A stretch of 64,000 nucleotides of DNA from Setoptus koraiensis (lineage: Eukaryota > Animalia > Arthropoda). The position numbers and the translations under genes are program-made. Position 1 is the stretch's first letter; each line of letters starts with the position of its first letter. The stretch is from NCBI GenBank assembly GCA_048013815.1, contig CM106585.1, positions 12,462,001-12,526,000 on the forward strand. The letters are read 5' to 3'. The notes below the pieces were generated by a model that saw nothing but the letters and a program-made list of their open reading frames with translations, did not search any database and had not been told where the DNA came from. Of the stretch, positions 60,646 to 64,000 are shown piece after piece.

Positions 60646-62883
60646 ATGAATCTAAAATTAATTTCATTCCTAGTGATTTGCTTCTGTGTGACGAGAACCC
60701 ACACCGAGGGCGCCGAGAAGCATGCCTTCCAAGCAGAGGTGTCACGTATGATGAAACTGATCATCAATTCATTATATACAAACAAAGAAATTTTCTTACG
60801 TGAACTCATATCAAATGCGAGCGATGCCCTCGATAAGATCCGTGTTCTCGCACTAACTAACAAGGAAACTTTAGACTCTCTAGGTGATCTAGAAATCCGA
60901 ATTAAAGCCGATGAGGGCAGCAATACTTTGAGCATCTCCGATACAGGTATTGGTATGAGCAAACAGGAACTAATCAACAATCTTGGAACTATTGCCAAAT
61001 CAGGAACAAGTGAATTCTTGAAACAAAATCTAGACAAGCCAGATCAAGTTCAATTGACCGATCTAATTGGTCAGTTCGGTGTTGGTTTCTACTCTTCCTT
61101 TTTGGTCGCAGATAAGGTGGTGGTTTCTAGTAAATCAGACAGTGACCCGATCAGACACATTTGGGAGTCAAATTCAACTGAGTACAGTGTTGCCGACGAC
61201 ACAAGCGAAGACGAGTCAACTAAACGTGGTTCAGTCATTACATTGCATCTCAAGGAGGAAGCCAAAGACTTCCTGAACCAGAACACGTTGCGAGATCTTA
61301 TTAAGAAGTATTCTCAATTCATCAACTTTCCTATTTATTTATGGTCTTCTAAAACTATACAAGAAGAAGTTCCAATAGAGGAAGATAAAAAAGAAGATGA
61401 CTCGGAAACGACGACAGTAGCACCCGATGAGGAGGACAAAAAAGAAGAGGTCAAGAAGCCCAAAACAAAGAAAGTAGATAAGACAGTCTGGGATTGGGAA
61501 AGAATCAATATTGCTAAACCTATCTGGCAAAGAAAACCAAGCGAAGTTAGCGATGAAGAGTATACAGAGTTCTACAAATCCATCACCCGAGACACTCAGC
61601 CTCCTATTGCCAAGTCACATTTCACAGCTGAAGGAGAGCTCACATTCAAGTCACTACTTTTCAATCCGAAGATGCAACCAACAGATTCATTCAACAAATA
61701 TGGATCTAAAAGCGATAATATCAAGTTGTACGTTCGCAGAGTATTCATTAGCGATGAGTTTAATGACTTGATGCCATCTTACCTGAGTTTCATAAGAGGA
61801 GTAGTTGATAGCGATGATTTACCTTTGAACGTTGGACGTGAAACTTTACAGCAGCATAAATTACTCAAAGTCATAAAAAAGAAATTGGTTCGTAAAACTT
61901 TGGACATGATTGCGAAAATTGACGAAAACAAATATAACGATTTCTGGAAGGAGTTTAGCACTAACTTGAAGCTTGGAATTATTGAGGATCAAAATAATAG
62001 AAACCGTATTGCCAAATTGTTACGATTTCACTCATCAAAAACTGGACCGGATGGTTGGACATCTCTTACTAAATATGTCAAAGATATGCCTGAAGGCCAA
62101 GATCAGATCTACTATATAGCCGGATCTAGCTATGATGAAGTATCAAATTCTCCCTTTGTTGAGAAAATCCTTAAGAAAGGCCATGAAGTGTTGTATTTAA
62201 CAGATGCTGTTGATGAATATTGCCTATCCAATCTACCAGATTTCAATGACAAGAAGTTCCAAAGTGTTGCCAAAGAGGGCTTGAAAGTCGACAAATCGGC
62301 TAAGGCAGAATCGTACAGAAAATCTTTAGAAACGAAATATGCTGGTCTCATCTCATGGTTGAAAGATTCAGCGCTCAAAGACAAAGTTCAAAATGTTGTT
62401 CTATCTGAACGTCTTTCTGAATCTCCAGCCGCATTAGTTGCAACAGCATTCGGTTGGACCGGAAATATGGAGCGTTTGGCTAAAAGTAACGCTCATTCTA
62501 AAACTAAGGATGCTACTCGCGATTACTACCTCAGTCAGAAGAAAATACTCGAAATCAACCCTCATCATCCGATCATCAAAGAGATGTCTAAGAGAATAGC
62601 TGACGATGAATCCGACAATCAAGCTAAACAAACTGCCGTCCTTCTTTTAGAAACGGCTACCATAAGGTCGGGATACATGCTGCAAGACACCGAAGACTTT
62701 GGCAAGCGAATAGAAAGATTAATGAAAAACAGTTTGAATATTCCAGAAGATGCTCCAGTTGAAGAAGATCCCCAAGAAGAAGAAGACGATATTTCCAACT
62801 CATCTAAAGAAGAGGAGGATGTAGCTAAGGATAGTAAGCCAATCAATGATGATGTGGATAATGAGAAGCGTGATGAGCTTTGA
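60646..62883 (+). CDS. HSP90B1: Endoplasmin / GRP94 (ER Hsp90), 745 aa from ATG 60646, intronless, C-terminal RDEL
   Basis: Signal peptide, [55 protein letters not shown] and the ER-retention signal KRDEL*. Confidence 0.98.
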   Translation: MNLKLISFLVICFCVTRTHTEGAEKHAFQAEVSRMMKLIINSLYTNKEIFLRELISNASDALDKIRVLALTNKETLDSLGDLEIRIKADEGSNTLSISDTGIGMSKQELINNLGTIAKSGTSEFLKQNLDKPDQVQLTDLIGQFGVGFYSSFLVADKVVVSSKSDSDPIRHIWESNSTEYSVADDTSEDESTKRGSVITLHLKEEAKDFLNQNTLRDLIKKYSQFINFPIYLWSSKTIQEEVPIEEDKKEDDSETTTVAPDEEDKKEEVKKPKTKKVDKTVWDWERINIAKPIWQRKPSEVSDEEYTEFYKSITRDTQPPIAKSHFTAEGELTFKSLLFNPKMQPTDSFNKYGSKSDNIKLYVRRVFISDEFNDLMPSYLSFIRGVVDSDDLPLNVGRETLQQHKLLKVIKKKLVRKTLDMIAKIDENKYNDFWKEFSTNLKLGIIEDQNNRNRIAKLLRFHSSKTGPDGWTSLTKYVKDMPEGQDQIYYIAGSSYDEVSNSPFVEKILKKGHEVLYLTDAVDEYCLSNLPDFNDKKFQSVAKEGLKVDKSAKAESYRKSLETKYAGLISWLKDSALKDKVQNVVLSERLSESPAALVATAFGWTGNMERLAKSNAHSKTKDATRDYYLSQKKILEINPHHPIIKEMSKRIADDESDNQAKQTAVLLLETATIRSGYMLQDTEDFGKRIERLMKNSLNIPEDAPVEEDPQEEEDDISNSSKEEEDVAKDSKPINDDVDNEKRDEL

Positions 62884-63095
62884 ACATGTATCAGTTCCAG
62901 AGCTACTTGAGATTGTATTTTGAAAATAGAAATAAATAATACTTAATTTATTAAATATGTAAATAGATACTCCTAATGGAAATCGATTTCGACACTTCCG
63001 AGGCTAGAGTGTTGTCATGAAGAACTTTGACTTTATTAACGCAAAATTTACTCATTTGCAAAACTATATTTTAATGACCCACTGCTTTTATAGAA

Positions 63096-63785
63096 TCAGT
63101 CTTTCCTTAAGGAAAATGAGTGATGAGCTATACCTTGAGCAGTTATCACCTGAACGGAGACAGAATCACCCACGTATATGTCACGCTCGCCGGCAGAGAC
63201 AAAAACATCGTGGACAAGCTTAATCGCTTCCTCCTTGGAAAGTTTGGTGGTGTCCGGGTTGACTATGTTTTTCAAGCCAACTTGATTGTCCAAAAGGGGT
63301 TGTATTAGCGAGCATGATGAACCGCCGGCGCGGTACATGCTTTTTTCGCAGTGACCGACTGGATCGTAGCTATACACCACTCCCTTGCCATCTTCGTCGA
63401 GACCGGCGAGTATATTGGAGATGTAATAAGGAAAGAATCTTTTATAATACAGCATATTACTGATAAGTTGTGCACAAGCCTCAGTTGACATGACCTTGTT
63501 ATGCTCATAGAGATAACTCTTGATTCTGGTTCCGATCACTTTGGCGAAAGTTACAATATCGCACCAACATCCTGTGCTACCCAATACGGTTTTGGGGGTG
63601 AGATTGAATAATTTATCTTGTTCCCTGGTGTATATCTGGTAGCCTGTCGACAATCGTGTCTCGGAGGCAATGATTGCGTAATCCTCACCAGCTATCGCCA
63701 CAACAGTACCTCCATTATCGGCGTATGGCGAAAAGCGTTGAACATTTCTAGGTTGAGCGCCATCTTTGCTCTCTCCAACTGCCAT
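63096..63785 (-). CDS. PSMB1: Proteasome subunit beta type-1 (beta6), 229 aa, intronless
   Basis: RFSPYADNGGT, LYYKRFFPYY, GVVYSYDPVG, LIQPLLDNQ and ERDIYVGD...LRKD*. Confidence 0.97.
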   Translation of the reverse strand: MAVGESKDGAQPRNVQRFSPYADNGGTVVAIAGEDYAIIASETRLSTGYQIYTREQDKLFNLTPKTVLGSTGCWCDIVTFAKVIGTRIKSYLYEHNKVMSTEACAQLISNMLYYKRFFPYYISNILAGLDEDGKGVVYSYDPVGHCEKSMYRAGGSSCSLIQPLLDNQVGLKNIVNPDTTKLSKEEAIKLVHDVFVSAGERDIYVGDSVSVQVITAQGIAHHSFSLRKD

Positions 63786-64000
63786 TCTTTCAAACTTTAA
63801 TTAGATTGCAAACAAATTATGTAAATATAAAGTGTGTTTCTAAGAACTGATGTGGCTTGTGATGGGATATTTGTGACTGAAGTTTATTTGTGAAAAATCT
63901 CAATACCGAGATCAAGACAATATGATCAGGTACTTGATTTCGCCAGGCGGCGCTATCTACTTTGGGCGCGTGATTTAAAGTGCCAAAATGAATTTTATTG

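Noticed and set aside
7589-63960. CTCF-like words (AGAGGTGGCGC reverse ~7590-7603, CCACTCAGAGGGGCGCC ~50004, CCAGGCGGCGCT ~63943)
   Set aside because: Only partial matches; a PWM scan is needed.

Overview
This is eukaryotic, animal DNA, judged from spliceosomal GT-AG introns, microsatellites and arthropod-type proteins. The compact, largely intronless housekeeping genes and high CpG content suggest an acariform mite, possibly an eriophyoid; that is inference only. Twelve protein-coding genes can be supported. In order: the 5' part of a Shab/Kv2 channel (runs off the left edge and is absent from the ORF track), RPS23, an 85-aa single-TM protein, a GLD2-type poly(A) polymerase, a ~3,340-aa Toll receptor (two exons, 9.7-kb intron containing a Tc1/mariner-type MITE), two tandem divergent tetraspanins, a ~1,280-aa big brain-like aquaporin, CSN1, a 130-aa protein with two Borealin-N-like repeats, PTGES2, GRP94/endoplasmin and PSMB1. 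The main pattern is a split. Four membrane proteins (Shab, Toll, tetraspanin B, Bib) have conserved domains interrupted by in-frame low-complexity insertions of roughly 100-700 aa, several with furin-type polybasic sites. The housekeeping genes are compact and sometimes trimmed; GRP94 lacks its pre-N segment. The Bib-like aquaporin has lost both NPA motifs, and RPS23 has Gly at the normally conserved Glu58 beside the decoding-centre loop. All homology calls come from recalled family motifs, not database searches, and exon structures are manual predictions.
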